From positions 204,551 to 268,550 of the forward strand of contig CP129473.1 in NCBI GenBank assembly GCA_030583745.1: a stretch of DNA of 64,000 nucleotides, in the 5' to 3' direction. The stretch is from Minisyncoccota bacterium (lineage in GTDB: Bacteria; Patescibacteriota; Minisyncoccia; Phycocordibacterales; BOKC01). Below, one piece after another: positions 1-11,835 of the stretch (the stretch's first letter is position 1; the number at the start of each line of letters is the position of its first letter). Under the pieces are notes generated by a model that saw nothing but the letters and a program-made list of their open reading frames with translations, searched no databases and was not told the origin of the DNA. Made by a program: the position numbers and the translations under genes.

Positions 1-200
1 ACTTTTGCTTGCGGATTATTTTTCAAAAGTGCTTTTAGTGAATCAATATGAAAATGGTCGGCGTGTTCGTGCGTGATTAGCACGAAATCAATATTTTTTA
101 CTTCACTTTGTTGTGTTGAATAAGTTCCAGGGTCGGTCAAAATTCTGACTCCGTTTTCTTCAATCAACAAGCAACAATGTCCAAATTTTGTGATTTTCAT
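1..200 (-). CDS. MBL-fold metallo-hydrolase, N-terminal part (gene continues beyond window start)
   Basis: Minus-strand translation from ATG at 200-198 gives MKITKFGHCCLLIEENGVRILTDPGTYS...FVLITHEHADHFH. The HxHxDH motif is typical of metallo-beta-lactamase-fold hydrolases. Confidence 0.6.
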   Translation of the reverse strand, partial: MKITKFGHCCLLIEENGVRILTDPGTYSTQQSEVKNIDFVLITHEHADHFHIDSLKALLKNNPQAK

Positions 201-206
201 AGATTT

Positions 207-905
207 TCAAAAATATTTAGAAAAGAGGGGTCGGTACATATCTTCTCGGATGTCAATATGTAGTTCCTTGCGGTGAATTTTATCACAAAATTCAATAGGT
301 ATTTTTTCAATAATTGCCAAAGGTTGTTGCTCATTCCCTTCGCCCATGATGAACACCGCGGCCGTAGCAAGACTGTCAGCAACATTAGTTTTAGAAAATT
401 TAAATTTTCGCCCAAAAATATCGGGTGTACCACGATAACTTTTCACACCACAAAAACCCGCGTATCCGAGAGCAACACCGGTTACACCCGCTCGGAGCGG
501 GATCGTGCGGCTGTCGGTAATCAAAACACCGAGATGTCTAATGTTGTAATGTTTCCGTAATTTGTTGCGAAGATCGCGAGCCGTCTTGAAACTGTCTTTT
601 GGTAATAAAATTAACTTACCATTCGCATTTGATTCGTCAATTCCGGCAGAAGCCATCACCACCCCGTCTTTGATGGTAAGCCAGGCGTATTTAGTGGGGA
701 TAGCAAATTCGCTTTCCGCGCGAATGAGTTTTTCTTTAGTTTTTATATTTTTGACGACAACTGTTCGCTTTTCCGCAAGGGCGACGATTTTGGAAGTAAC
801 GACAATTACAGATTGATCTGGAATTTTTTTAAAGTGATCGGTAATGAACACAAGTAAGTCATCACCCTCTTGGAAAACACGAGTTTTGATTGGTCGGGTA
901 ATCAT
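207..905 (-). CDS. CofE-like F420-0:gamma-glutamyl ligase family protein
   Basis: 232 aa; SVIVVTSKIVALAEKR and GIDESN motifs resemble CofE/F420-ligase family proteins. Confidence 0.55.
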   Translation of the reverse strand: MITRPIKTRVFQEGDDLLVFITDHFKKIPDQSVIVVTSKIVALAEKRTVVVKNIKTKEKLIRAESEFAIPTKYAWLTIKDGVVMASAGIDESNANGKLILLPKDSFKTARDLRNKLRKHYNIRHLGVLITDSRTIPLRAGVTGVALGYAGFCGVKSYRGTPDIFGRKFKFSKTNVADSLATAAVFIMGEGNEQQPLAIIEKIPIEFCDKIHRKELHIDIREDMYRPLFSKYF

Positions 906-1148
906 AGTTTTTGATAATAACTTTATTTTTTAATAGTTTTAAAACAAAAATCCACCTTATAGGACGGGAACGGATGCACAAAACTATCCACACCCTATTG
1001 ATCACGAAGGTGGGGTTAAATAAAGCTAGACCAAGTTTGTATAAAATGATTGTATAGCACGACTTTGAAATTTATCTGACTAAGTGATGAAAATGGAAAC
1101 TTCTTCCGCAAAATCGCTCCGTTTCTTTAATTCCGAACAAGTTTCGTT

Positions 1149-1224
1149 TGGTGGACCCTAGCGGACTCGAACCGCTTGCCTCCGCATTGCAAATGCGGCG
1201 CTCTACCAGATGAGCTAAGGGCCC
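1149..1224 (-). tRNA. tRNA-Ala (anticodon TGC), CCA encoded
   Basis: The reverse complement GGGCCCTTAGCTCATCTGGTAGAGCGCCGCATTTGCAATGCGG...GGTTCGAGTCC...CCACCA folds as a cloverleaf. It has the G3:U70 Ala identity pair and a TTTGCAA anticodon loop. Confidence 0.85.
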
Positions 1225-1357
1225 GATAAAAACATGATTACACTGCGAACTAGCCAAGTATACTGAAAAAGGCGTAATTTTTCCACTTTTTATTTCTATG
1301 CCTTATGTTATAATTTTTCAAAATCGGACAGGTTTAGTCCTGCCTATGTTTTAATTT

Positions 1358-2128
1358 ATGGAAAAAATCCACATAAGTTTACAAGCGGAGCCAATTTTTT
1401 ACATTCTGGGGTTTGCTGTCACAAACAGCATTATTTTATCGATCATCGTCGGAATTCTTCTGGTTGGAGGGGGGATGTTAATGGTGAGAAATCTAAAATT
1501 AGTGCCGGGTAAAGCTCAAAGCGTTGCGGAGATAGCAATTGACGGAGCCCTATCTTTCATGACTCAAGTCGTCGGTGACAAAAAACAAGCTTTAAATTTT
1601 TTTCCTCTTGTCGCTTCAATATTTTTTTTCATACTTCTCAATAACTGGCTCGGGGTAATGCCCGGTATTGGTTCAATTGGAGTTTTTGCGGATGTTCATG
1701 GGCACAAAGAATTTATTCCTCTTTTCAGACCGGCGTCAGCAGATCTTAACACCACTTTTGCTTTGGCCATTGTCGCGGTGATCGGCGTCCATATTTACGC
1801 CATTAAAAAGATAGGATTTTTCAAACAAGTGTCAAAATTTATTGATATAAAACACGGCCCAATTCATTTTTTTGTCGGAATTCTGGAAATAATCGGGGAA
1901 TTCGCTAAAGTACTTTCTTTCTCCTTCCGTCTGTTTGGTAATGTTTTTGCCGGAGAAGTCCTTCTGATTATTATGCTCTCCCTTTTACCGCTATCTGTAA
2001 GTTTCGGGGTTTTGCCTTTCTTTTTCCTTGAATATTTTGTAGGCTTCATCCAAGCATTGGTATTTGCCATGCTGACATTGGTCTTCTTAAAGGTAGCGAC
2101 GACAGAGGTGGAGCCAATGGAACATTAA
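1358..2128 (+). CDS. atpB: F0F1 ATP synthase subunit a
   Basis: Hydrophobic 256 aa with an LRLFGNVFAGEVLL-type motif; first gene of the ATP synthase operon. Confidence 0.9.
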   Translation: MEKIHISLQAEPIFYILGFAVTNSIILSIIVGILLVGGGMLMVRNLKLVPGKAQSVAEIAIDGALSFMTQVVGDKKQALNFFPLVASIFFFILLNNWLGVMPGIGSIGVFADVHGHKEFIPLFRPASADLNTTFALAIVAVIGVHIYAIKKIGFFKQVSKFIDIKHGPIHFFVGILEIIGEFAKVLSFSFRLFGNVFAGEVLLIIMLSLLPLSVSFGVLPFFFLEYFVGFIQALVFAMLTLVFLKVATTEVEPMEH

Positions 2129-2232
2129 TGAATAGGGTATGGAGTTTAGAGTATCGGTTTTAGAGACATGATGGTTTTAATTATAAAAAAGTCGTTTTAA
2201 AAATTTATTAATTAATAATTACAACAAACAAT

Positions 2233-2460
2233 ATGGAAGTAGAATCAATGAGGTTGTTAGCATCAGCTTTAGCTATCGGAATTGGGGCATTGGGCCCAGC
2301 CATAGCAATCGGTTTACTCGCCGGTAAAGCAATGGAGTCAATCGGTAGAAATCCGGAAGCCGCGCCAAAAATCCAGACCGCAATGATTTTGGCTATCGCT
2401 TTTGCTGAAGCTATCGCTATTTATGCGCTGGTAGTAGCGCTGATTATTAAATTTGTTTAA
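2233..2460 (+). CDS. atpE: ATP synthase subunit c
   Basis: 75-aa proteolipid with a [12 protein letters not shown] hairpin and a conserved carboxylate helix. Confidence 0.9.
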   Translation: MEVESMRLLASALAIGIGALGPAIAIGLLAGKAMESIGRNPEAAPKIQTAMILAIAFAEAIAIYALVVALIIKFV

Positions 2461-2469
2461 TAATTTCTT

Positions 2470-2991
2470 ATGGGAGATTTATTGGGTAATCTTGGAATTG
2501 ACTGGAAAATATTAATTGCACAGACGATCAATTTTCTGATCGTGCTTTGGTTGCTCAATAGGTTTGTTTTCAAAAAAATCACCAAACATCTTGAATCTAG
2601 GAAAGATAAGATTGAGCGTGGCTTGGTCCTAACCGAAAAAGCCGAAAGGGAAATAGAGAGGATAAATGAAGCTCGGCACCGAGAAATTGAAAAAGCTAAA
2701 AGTGAAGCAGAGAAAATCTTGATTGACGCAAGAAGTACTGCGATAGAAAAAGAAAAAGCGGCAATCACCCTCGCCCGTCTGGAATCTGAAAAAATATTGA
2801 ATAAAGCAAAAAGAGAAGCGGAAGAGGAGAAAAACAGAGCCGTTCTTAATGGCAAAACCGAAATGAAAAAATTAGCCATTTTGATTGCTGAAAAATTGCT
2901 TTCTCGTAGCACTAAACCAGAAGATCAAGATACAGCAGCAGAAGAAGTATTAAACCAATTGGAAAAAATGGATTATGCGAAACAGTCCTAA
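2470..2991 (+). CDS. atpF: ATP synthase subunit b
   Basis: N-terminal TM followed by a long charged coiled coil; operon position. Confidence 0.85.
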   Translation: MGDLLGNLGIDWKILIAQTINFLIVLWLLNRFVFKKITKHLESRKDKIERGLVLTEKAEREIERINEARHREIEKAKSEAEKILIDARSTAIEKEKAAITLARLESEKILNKAKREAEEEKNRAVLNGKTEMKKLAILIAEKLLSRSTKPEDQDTAAEEVLNQLEKMDYAKQS

Positions 2992-3376
2992 AAAATACGC
3001 GGAAGTTTTGGTGTCAGTGCTTACATCCGCCTCATCCGAAGCGGAGATAAAAGACAAGGCAAAAAAACTGAAGCTCATATTACAAAAAAGAGGCGAGGTA
3101 AAATTAGCTGGAGATATTTTGCGCGAATTCTCCCGAGCTTGGGCCGAGAGGATGGGGCCAATCGCCAAGATTATTTCAGCAACACCGATTCAAGAAAAAA
3201 CTAGAGAAAAAATTTATTCTGAATTGAAAGCTAGAGGGTATGTTCCAAAAGAAAGTATCGATGAGAGTTTGATTGGTGGGCTTTCGGTTTTTCTAGGAAA
3301 TCAATATTTAATCGACGCCTCTTACAGGGGAAAATTAAGGAAATTAGAAAAAATAATACAAGCCAGCCATGAATAA
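2975..3376 (+). CDS. atpH: ATP synthase subunit delta (short OSCP)
   Basis: Position between atpF and atpA; 133 aa, overlaps atpF by 17 nt. Confidence 0.65.
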   Translation: MRNSPKKYAEVLVSVLTSASSEAEIKDKAKKLKLILQKRGEVKLAGDILREFSRAWAERMGPIAKIISATPIQEKTREKIYSELKARGYVPKESIDESLIGGLSVFLGNQYLIDASYRGKLRKLEKIIQASHE

Positions 3377-4880
3377 AAACGACTTCACATTTGACATCTT
3401 AAGGAAAGAGCTTGAGGGTCTAACAGACACCGGATCTGCAGAAGAGATTGGCAAAGTCATAAGCGTCGGAGATGGGGTGGCACAGATTGAAGGATTGCCC
3501 GGCGTTTTGTTTTCCGAAATGATTGAAATCGGTGAAGATGCCATACCGGCTATGGTTTTAAATTTGGAAGAATATGCTATCGGCGCGGTAATTTTGGGCG
3601 AAGATACAAAAATCAGAGAAGGTGATATCGCGCGCAAGACTGGCAAGGTTTTGTCAGTCCCTGTGGGTGAAGAAATTTTGGGTAGAGTTTTAAATCCACT
3701 CGGCAAGCCGATAGATGGAAAATCAAGTCTGCCAGCAAACATGAAAACTTTGCCAATTGAAAGACCAGCGCCCTCGGTTTTTGACCGACAAAGTGTTGAT
3801 ACACCACTTGGAACAGGAATTAAAGTTGTTGACGCGGCAATTCCAATCGGTCGCGGGCAAAGAGAACTTATTATTGGTGACCGACAGATTGGCAAAACAG
3901 CTCTAGCACAAGATACGATTTTAAACCAATTAAACGAACCGGAGGATAAAAGACCAATTTGTATTTATGTTGCCATTGGTCAAAAAGCTTCGAAGGTTGC
4001 AAAATTTGTCCAGGAATTAGAGGAGAGGGGGGCTATGGATTTTACGATTGTTGTTGTAGCAAACGCTTCAGAACCAGCTTCACTTTGGTACATTGCGCCT
4101 TACGCTGGCTGTTCTATGGGAGAATATTTTCGGGACAAAGGTAAGGATGTTTTAATAATTTACGACGATCTTTCAAAACACGCCTGGGCTTGGAGACAAA
4201 TTGCTTTACTTCTCCGCCGTCCACCCGGACGCGAAGCTTATCCGGGAGACGTTTTCTATCTACACTCAAGATTACTTGAACGTGCCGCTCGGCTTTCCGA
4301 CAAAAAAGGTGGCGGATCTTTAACTGCTCTGCCAATAATCGAAACCCAGCTTGGCGACGTCTCGGCTTATATTCCAACAAACGTCATCTCCATAACCGAC
4401 GGTCAAATTTATCTTGAATCTGATTTGTTCTCAAAAGGTCAGAGGCCAGCAGTTAATATCGGACTTTCCGTTTCTCGCGTCGGCTCGGCCGCACAAACCA
4501 AAGCCATGAAAAAGGTTGCCGCCAAACTAAAACTCGATTTGGCGCAATTTCAAGAACTTGCAGCTTTTGCCCAGTTTGCTCAAGATTTGGACAAAGAAAC
4601 CAAAGCTAAAATTGACCGGGGAGAGAGACTGATGGAAATCTTAAAACAAAGCCAATACAAGCCAGTGCCTTTAGAAAATCAGGTGGTCATCTTGTTTGCA
4701 GTAAATGAAGGATATTTTGATTCAGTTCCTCTGGAAAGAGTCCGGGAATTTGAAGATAAAATTGTTAGACACATGGAAGACAATCATCCAAAAATTCTAG
4801 AGATAATAAGAAACTCAAGAGACTTAACAGACGAATCAAAAGAAGAAATCAGAAAAGCGCTTGGAGAGATAAAAATTTGA
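3369..4880 (+). CDS. atpA: ATP synthase subunit alpha
   Basis: 503 aa with P-loop GDRQIGKT and other typical alpha-subunit motifs. Confidence 0.95.
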   Translation: MNKNDFTFDILRKELEGLTDTGSAEEIGKVISVGDGVAQIEGLPGVLFSEMIEIGEDAIPAMVLNLEEYAIGAVILGEDTKIREGDIARKTGKVLSVPVGEEILGRVLNPLGKPIDGKSSLPANMKTLPIERPAPSVFDRQSVDTPLGTGIKVVDAAIPIGRGQRELIIGDRQIGKTALAQDTILNQLNEPEDKRPICIYVAIGQKASKVAKFVQELEERGAMDFTIVVVANASEPASLWYIAPYAGCSMGEYFRDKGKDVLIIYDDLSKHAWAWRQIALLLRRPPGREAYPGDVFYLHSRLLERAARLSDKKGGGSLTALPIIETQLGDVSAYIPTNVISITDGQIYLESDLFSKGQRPAVNIGLSVSRVGSAAQTKAMKKVAAKLKLDLAQFQELAAFAQFAQDLDKETKAKIDRGERLMEILKQSQYKPVPLENQVVILFAVNEGYFDSVPLERVREFEDKIVRHMEDNHPKILEIIRNSRDLTDESKEEIRKALGEIKI

Positions 4881-4881
4881 T

Positions 4882-7210
<2,329 letters not shown>

Positions 7211-7222
7211 TTTTGAAACTTT

Positions 7223-7471
7223 ATGAATTTCTTTCCACTTCGCGTATTCGCAATAGATCGAGAAATTTTTGTCGGCGATGCCAAGTCGCTTATTGTACCA
7301 AGTAAAACAGGGGAACTTCAAATTTTACCTGAACATGCGCCTTTAATTTCTCTACTTAAAGAGGGTGATTTAATAATAGAAAAAACCGATGGTGGCGAAG
7401 AAAAATATCCGATTGCCGGTGGCACTCTACAAGTTAGTGATAGGGAAGTCTTGGTGTTAGTAAGTTTTTAG
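7223..7471 (+). CDS. atpC: ATP synthase epsilon subunit, beta-sandwich domain only (truncated)
   Basis: 82 aa resembling the N-terminal domain of epsilon; the C-terminal helical hairpin is absent. Confidence 0.65.
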   Translation: MNFFPLRVFAIDREIFVGDAKSLIVPSKTGELQILPEHAPLISLLKEGDLIIEKTDGGEEKYPIAGGTLQVSDREVLVLVSF

Positions 7472-7651
7472 ACATCTAGTAACCAATTTATCTTCATTAG
7501 CTAGCGAACTACGTCGCTTACAAACCGAGTAATTAAATTCTAACTAAAACTTCTTATTTAAAAAAAGTCGGGGTTTTTGACACAAAACTAAATTTGGATT
7601 AATATCTTCCATGGAACGCACAAGATAAACCGAGATTGTCTCTCGGTTTCA

Positions 7652-8197
7652 ATGATTAAAATGGGGGTGTTCAGAATGGGTGGCCTCAATGACACGGACG
7701 TCAGAAGAAAGATTCCACTCAATCAAGCTGTAAGAAGGGAGGTGGTGATCAAGAAAGCTGGAAAAAAAACACAAGAAACACAAGGAGGCAACGTCGACTT
7801 CAACGTCTGGGTGGTGGGTGTCCTACTCAATGTGAAGGATGTCATCCAACCCGGGAGGGACGAAAAGGTCGACATTATCGGGATTACGCCCGAGATGCTA
7901 GGAATTACAGAAGAGGTCGGGCATCAGAGATTCTGCGAGGAGGCAGCAAGGTGCTGTGTTTTTGGAGGGAAGCTCCGTCTCTGCCATCCGGCTTTGGTGA
8001 CAGATATCGCCGAGCAACATCCAGATCTCTGCGAGACGCATACGTTCATTGGAATGAAAGGTGTGAAAGTCCCTAGCGCCCAAATTCCGATGATTCTCGC
8101 CCTCTCAACAGATTCAGTTGGGCAACCGGAAATCGTCTGCGCCTTTGCCACCGACAAGATCGAAACAGGCACAACTGTTCTCTTTGTTGTCGGGTGA
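7652..8197 (+). CDS. hypothetical protein (GC-rich, likely foreign)
   Basis: 181-aa ORF with GC3-rich codon usage unlike its neighbours. A hairpin at 7625-7647 precedes the start and a GC hairpin plus T-run terminator sits at 8226-8260. Confidence 0.4.
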   Translation: MIKMGVFRMGGLNDTDVRRKIPLNQAVRREVVIKKAGKKTQETQGGNVDFNVWVVGVLLNVKDVIQPGRDEKVDIIGITPEMLGITEEVGHQRFCEEAARCCVFGGKLRLCHPALVTDIAEQHPDLCETHTFIGMKGVKVPSAQIPMILALSTDSVGQPEIVCAFATDKIETGTTVLFVVG

Positions 8198-8328
8198 GAA
8201 TGTCTCAAACAACAAGTAGTTCTAGATCGGGCTTCCGCAGGGAGCCCGATTTTTATTGATTTTTCTTTTGTTTTGGGTAGAATTAAAAAAGATTCAAGAC
8301 ACCACAAAACCAGAAAAGGGGGTGGCGG

Positions 8329-8691
8329 ATGCCGAAAGATGAAAAGAAAATACGTAAGCGCCGTAAGCGCGAGTACACGTGGTATGTGGAGCCAACCAGT
8401 CCTCTTGCCAACCTCATCTTGAGCAACATGCTTGATGCCGAAGAGACCTGCGAACAAGTCCTACTACAAGACAACTCGACCCGCAATCTTTGGCGTTGTC
8501 GCAAACACGACCAAATCGCTCTTTTGAGAAAAAACAAAGACGTCAAAGAGGGCAGAGATTTTGTCGTTTATTGTCAGGAAGGAAACGGCAAAATCAAGGA
8601 AGTGTCATTCCCGGCAATCAAGCGCAAAGCGCGTCGGAAGAAAGAAGCCAAACGAGAAGCGAGAGAGCGAAAACAACTAACCCTCTTCTAG
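8329..8691 (+). CDS. hypothetical basic protein
   Basis: 120 aa, Lys/Arg-rich at both ends, GC-richer than the host; terminator hairpin at 8712-8740. Confidence 0.35.
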   Translation: MPKDEKKIRKRRKREYTWYVEPTSPLANLILSNMLDAEETCEQVLLQDNSTRNLWRCRKHDQIALLRKNKDVKEGRDFVVYCQEGNGKIKEVSFPAIKRKARRKKEAKREARERKQLTLF

Positions 8692-8866
8692 TCCCAACCT
8701 AGCTCTCAATCGACCCCCGCTGTCCCGGCGGGGTTTTTGTTTGCTTTAAAACAGCTTGATACAATACATAAAATAATGCGGGCTGTGGCCCCATACCAAA
8801 GTTGTCAGACAACTTGATACGGGGTAAATATAAAGAGGATTAGTTTTTATTTAATTAGAAGTAAAA

Positions 8867-8940
8867 CGGAGTATAGTATAGTGGTAGTATACACCCATGG
8901 GGTGGGTGCGGCTCCGGTTCGATTCCGGGTACTCCGACCA
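8867..8940 (+). tRNA. tRNA-Pro (anticodon GGG), CCA encoded
   Basis: CGGAGTA acceptor (C1:G72, A73 discriminator, typical of tRNA-Pro), TTCGATT T-loop, anticodon loop ATGGGGT; compact D arm. Confidence 0.7.
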
Positions 8941-9274
8941 AAACTTCCCAAATTACTACGAGGTAAAAGTTGTAAAATAGGTTCAACTTGTCCCGTACAC
9001 AGCTTTGCTGTTGTATCGGGATTCCGGGCAGCCCGAACTGAATTAGGGTTTAGGCACTAGGGTTTAGGGTATAGAAATTTAATTAATACATTTCCACCCT
9101 GAAGTGGAGGAGTGGAAAAGATAACAAATATGGATCCCGTTAGTAGTCCCCGCCTGCAGGCAGGGCGGACGCACATTGTATAATATTATAGATATGATAT
9201 TAAAATTAAAAATTAATTTACGGAGTCGAACTCTAAAACATCGATTTTAGCGTTCGCGTCCTACTACTAACGGG

Positions 9275-10216
9275 ATGGACAGAAACCTAGCATTAGAATT
9301 TGTAAGAGTAACGGAAGCGGCGGCTATCGCCGCCGCTCGCTGGATTGGTAGAGGAGATAAGAAAAAAGCCGACGGGGCGGCGGTTGATGAAATGCGCGAC
9401 CGGTTTAATCAGATTAATTTTGCCGGACGAATTGTCATCGGCGAAGGACAAAAAGACGAAGCGCCGGAGCTTTACATAGGCGAAAAAGTCGGCAGAGGAA
9501 AAAGCCCAATAATGGATATTGCTGTTGACCCCTTGGAATGCACGGCAAGTGTTGCTTATGGCCGACCAAATGCAATGTCGGTCATTTGCTCTGGCCCAAA
9601 AGAGTCTCTCCTTTCAGCACCAGACACTTATATGGAAAAAATCGTCGCGGGGCCAAAAGTAGCAAAGCTAATTCGTCTAGACGCGCCGGTTAAAATAAAT
9701 ATAGAGAAAACCGCCAAAGTTCTCGGTAAAAAAGTAAGAGACATCACGGTAGTGGTCTTAGACAAACCGAGACATGAGAGCTTAATAAACCAAATCAGGA
9801 AAGCCGGCGCGCGAGTTCGCCTTATAACAGACGGTGATGTTTCCGGAAGTATTGCAACTTGTATACCTGAATCTGGAATTGACCTGCTTATGGGCACTGG
9901 GGGCAGTGCCGAAGCGGTTTTGTCAACTACAGCAATAAAAACCTTTGGTGGCCAAATTTTTTGCCGATTTAATCCACCAAACGAACATCATAAAAATCTT
10001 TTAAAAAAATCTGGTTTAAACACAAAGAAAATTTATTCAGCAAATGATTTAGCGAAAGGCAAAGTGCTAACTTTCACCGCCACTGGAGTTATTGACGGGC
10101 CGCTTCTAAAGGGTGTTCGCTTTGCCGGAGATAAAATTATTACCCATTCAATAGTCATACGCAGTCAGTCGGGAACAGTTAGGTATATCACGACAGAGCA
10201 TAGGTTAAATAAATAA
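9275..10216 (+). CDS. glpX: fructose-1,6-bisphosphatase class II
   Basis: 313 aa; the N-terminal LALEFVRVTEAAAIAAARWIGRGDKK...DEMR and the rest match the GlpX family. Confidence 0.9.
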   Translation: MDRNLALEFVRVTEAAAIAAARWIGRGDKKKADGAAVDEMRDRFNQINFAGRIVIGEGQKDEAPELYIGEKVGRGKSPIMDIAVDPLECTASVAYGRPNAMSVICSGPKESLLSAPDTYMEKIVAGPKVAKLIRLDAPVKINIEKTAKVLGKKVRDITVVVLDKPRHESLINQIRKAGARVRLITDGDVSGSIATCIPESGIDLLMGTGGSAEAVLSTTAIKTFGGQIFCRFNPPNEHHKNLLKKSGLNTKKIYSANDLAKGKVLTFTATGVIDGPLLKGVRFAGDKIITHSIVIRSQSGTVRYITTEHRLNK

Positions 10217-10263
10217 CAAGTAACTTGTAACTTATAACAAAAACCAACTATTTAAATAGATTT

Positions 10264-10272
10264 TGATATAAT
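10264..10272 (+). promoter_or_regulatory. extended -10 promoter TGaTATAAT 7 nt upstream of the fba start codon (leaderless transcript predicted)
   Basis: ttttgatataatt immediately before ATG 10280 with no SD. Confidence 0.4.
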
Positions 10273-10279
10273 TTATGAA

Positions 10280-11326
10280 ATGAAAAATATAAAAGAACTA
10301 AACGAAATCGCAAAGCAGATGGTTGCGCCGGGGAAGGGAATTCTGGCGGCTGATGAAAGCACCGACACGATTGGAAAACGTTTCAGTGCCATAAATCTGG
10401 AAAATACCGAAGAAAACAGAAGAGCTTATCGCGAGCTTCTTTTTACAACACCTGATATCGGAAAATATATTTCCGGTGTGATTATGTATGACGAAACTAT
10501 TCACCAAAAAACAGAAGGTAAAAATAGCTTTGTTTCGGTTTTACAAAATGAAGGAGTGTTGCCAGGAATAAAAGTTGACCATGGGACTATCCCAGACCCG
10601 AACTCGCCTGATGAAAAAATTACCAAAGGATTGGAGGGCTTGTCGGAACGACTAAAAGAATATGCCTCTATTGGTGCAAAATTTGCCAAGTGGCGCACTG
10701 TTATAACAATTAACAAAAATTATTCGCAAACTGATGGATTGCCGACCGAAGAAAATCTAAAAATAACTGCTAGAGATTTAGCTCAATATGCCAAATACTG
10801 CCAAGAAGCGGGAATTGTGCCCATTGTTGAGCCGGAAGTTTTAATGGATGGTAGTCATAAAATAGAAAAATGTGAAGAAGTTACAGAGAAGACTTTAAAT
10901 TATCTTTTTGAAGAGTTAAATAAAGTCAAAGTACAAATTGAAGGAATAATTTTAAAACCTAATATGATTGTCCCCGGAAAGAATTCGGGACAAAAAACTT
11001 CGCCGGAAGAAGTTGCCAAAGCTACGATAAGTTTATTTAAGAAAGTTTTACCTGAAAATCTCCCTGGCATTGTTTTTCTCTCCGGCGGACAAAGTGAAGT
11101 TGAAGCAACCGAAAATTTAAATGCTATGAATCAAATTAAGGATTTGCCGTGGCGCTTGAGTTTCTCTTATGGCCGAGCCCTTCAAGAAAGCACTTTAAAA
11201 ACTTGGGCTGGTAAAAAAGAAAATGTTCCAGAAGCTCAAAAAGTTTTTCTCCACCGCTCTAAAATGAACTCTCTGGCAACTCTTGGCAAATATTCTCTGA
11301 CTTTGGAAGAAGAAGGTATTGCTTAA
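10280..11326 (+). CDS. fba: fructose-bisphosphate aldolase, class I
   Basis: 348 aa with the GILAADESTDTIGKRF class I aldolase signature. Confidence 0.9.
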   Translation: MKNIKELNEIAKQMVAPGKGILAADESTDTIGKRFSAINLENTEENRRAYRELLFTTPDIGKYISGVIMYDETIHQKTEGKNSFVSVLQNEGVLPGIKVDHGTIPDPNSPDEKITKGLEGLSERLKEYASIGAKFAKWRTVITINKNYSQTDGLPTEENLKITARDLAQYAKYCQEAGIVPIVEPEVLMDGSHKIEKCEEVTEKTLNYLFEELNKVKVQIEGIILKPNMIVPGKNSGQKTSPEEVAKATISLFKKVLPENLPGIVFLSGGQSEVEATENLNAMNQIKDLPWRLSFSYGRALQESTLKTWAGKKENVPEAQKVFLHRSKMNSLATLGKYSLTLEEEGIA

Positions 11327-11379
11327 TCTCAAAACTCCTGATAAATTAAATCTGGAACACGAACAAAAGGAGACACAGA

Positions 11380-11673
11380 ATGAGTCGCGGAACAAAGATG
11401 ACCTGTAAGAACTGCAGTGCAGACATCACAATGGAAGGTGCTCGAATTTGTCGGGTCTGCGATCCTGATCTCAAGGCAATCATGGATAGACAGGTTGACA
11501 GAAATACACCCGAACTATGCAAAAAGTGCTTCGAAATACACCAAGCACAACATGGTGAAGCCACATCAAACAAGCCCCCTGCTGGCGAAAGTCCCTGTCG
11601 AAACTGTGGAAACTGTGAGTTTAACCAGTTTGGAAATTGCCTCCAGTGCGGGGTTGGTCCGCAAATCGGCTAA
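11380..11673 (+). CDS. Cys-rich zinc-ribbon protein (hypothetical)
   Basis: 97 aa with CKNC, CRVC, CKKC, CRNCGNC and CLQC pairs; strong SD AAAGGAG upstream; GC-rich. Confidence 0.5.
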   Translation: MSRGTKMTCKNCSADITMEGARICRVCDPDLKAIMDRQVDRNTPELCKKCFEIHQAQHGEATSNKPPAGESPCRNCGNCEFNQFGNCLQCGVGPQIG

Positions 11674-11835
11674 CTATCGTCGTGCTACCCACCGAAGCCG
11701 GCTGTCCCAACATCCGGCTCTTTTCTTTTTCTAATTTTATGATAATCTGTCGGCAGAATTCAGCCGGACTGTCCGGGTGGATGTAAAATGTTCTCAAAAA
11801 ATAGGAGAGATACTCATGAGTGGAAAGGAATAGTC

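Noticed and set aside
1072-1257. 61-aa minus-strand ORF
   Set aside because: It lies entirely across tRNA-Ala(TGC) and its flanks. It is the antisense reading of the tRNA, not a gene.
3344-3895. 183-aa minus-strand ORF
   Set aside because: It is antisense to atpA with no independent support. The 2457-2912 ORF antisense to atpF is rejected for the same reason.
9047-9072. TTTAGGG-type (plant-telomere-like) repeats as telomeric or functional repeats
   Set aside because: There are only two or three degenerate units. A related motif inside rarA is coding. This is most simply a short dispersed repeat, and the genome is bacterial and presumably circular.
8941-9274. RNase P RNA or tmRNA in the 334-bp structured spacer
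   Set aside because: The conserved RNase P P4 or GNRA motifs and the tmRNA tRNA-like domain or tag reading frame were not recognisable. It is kept only as an unexplained structured region.
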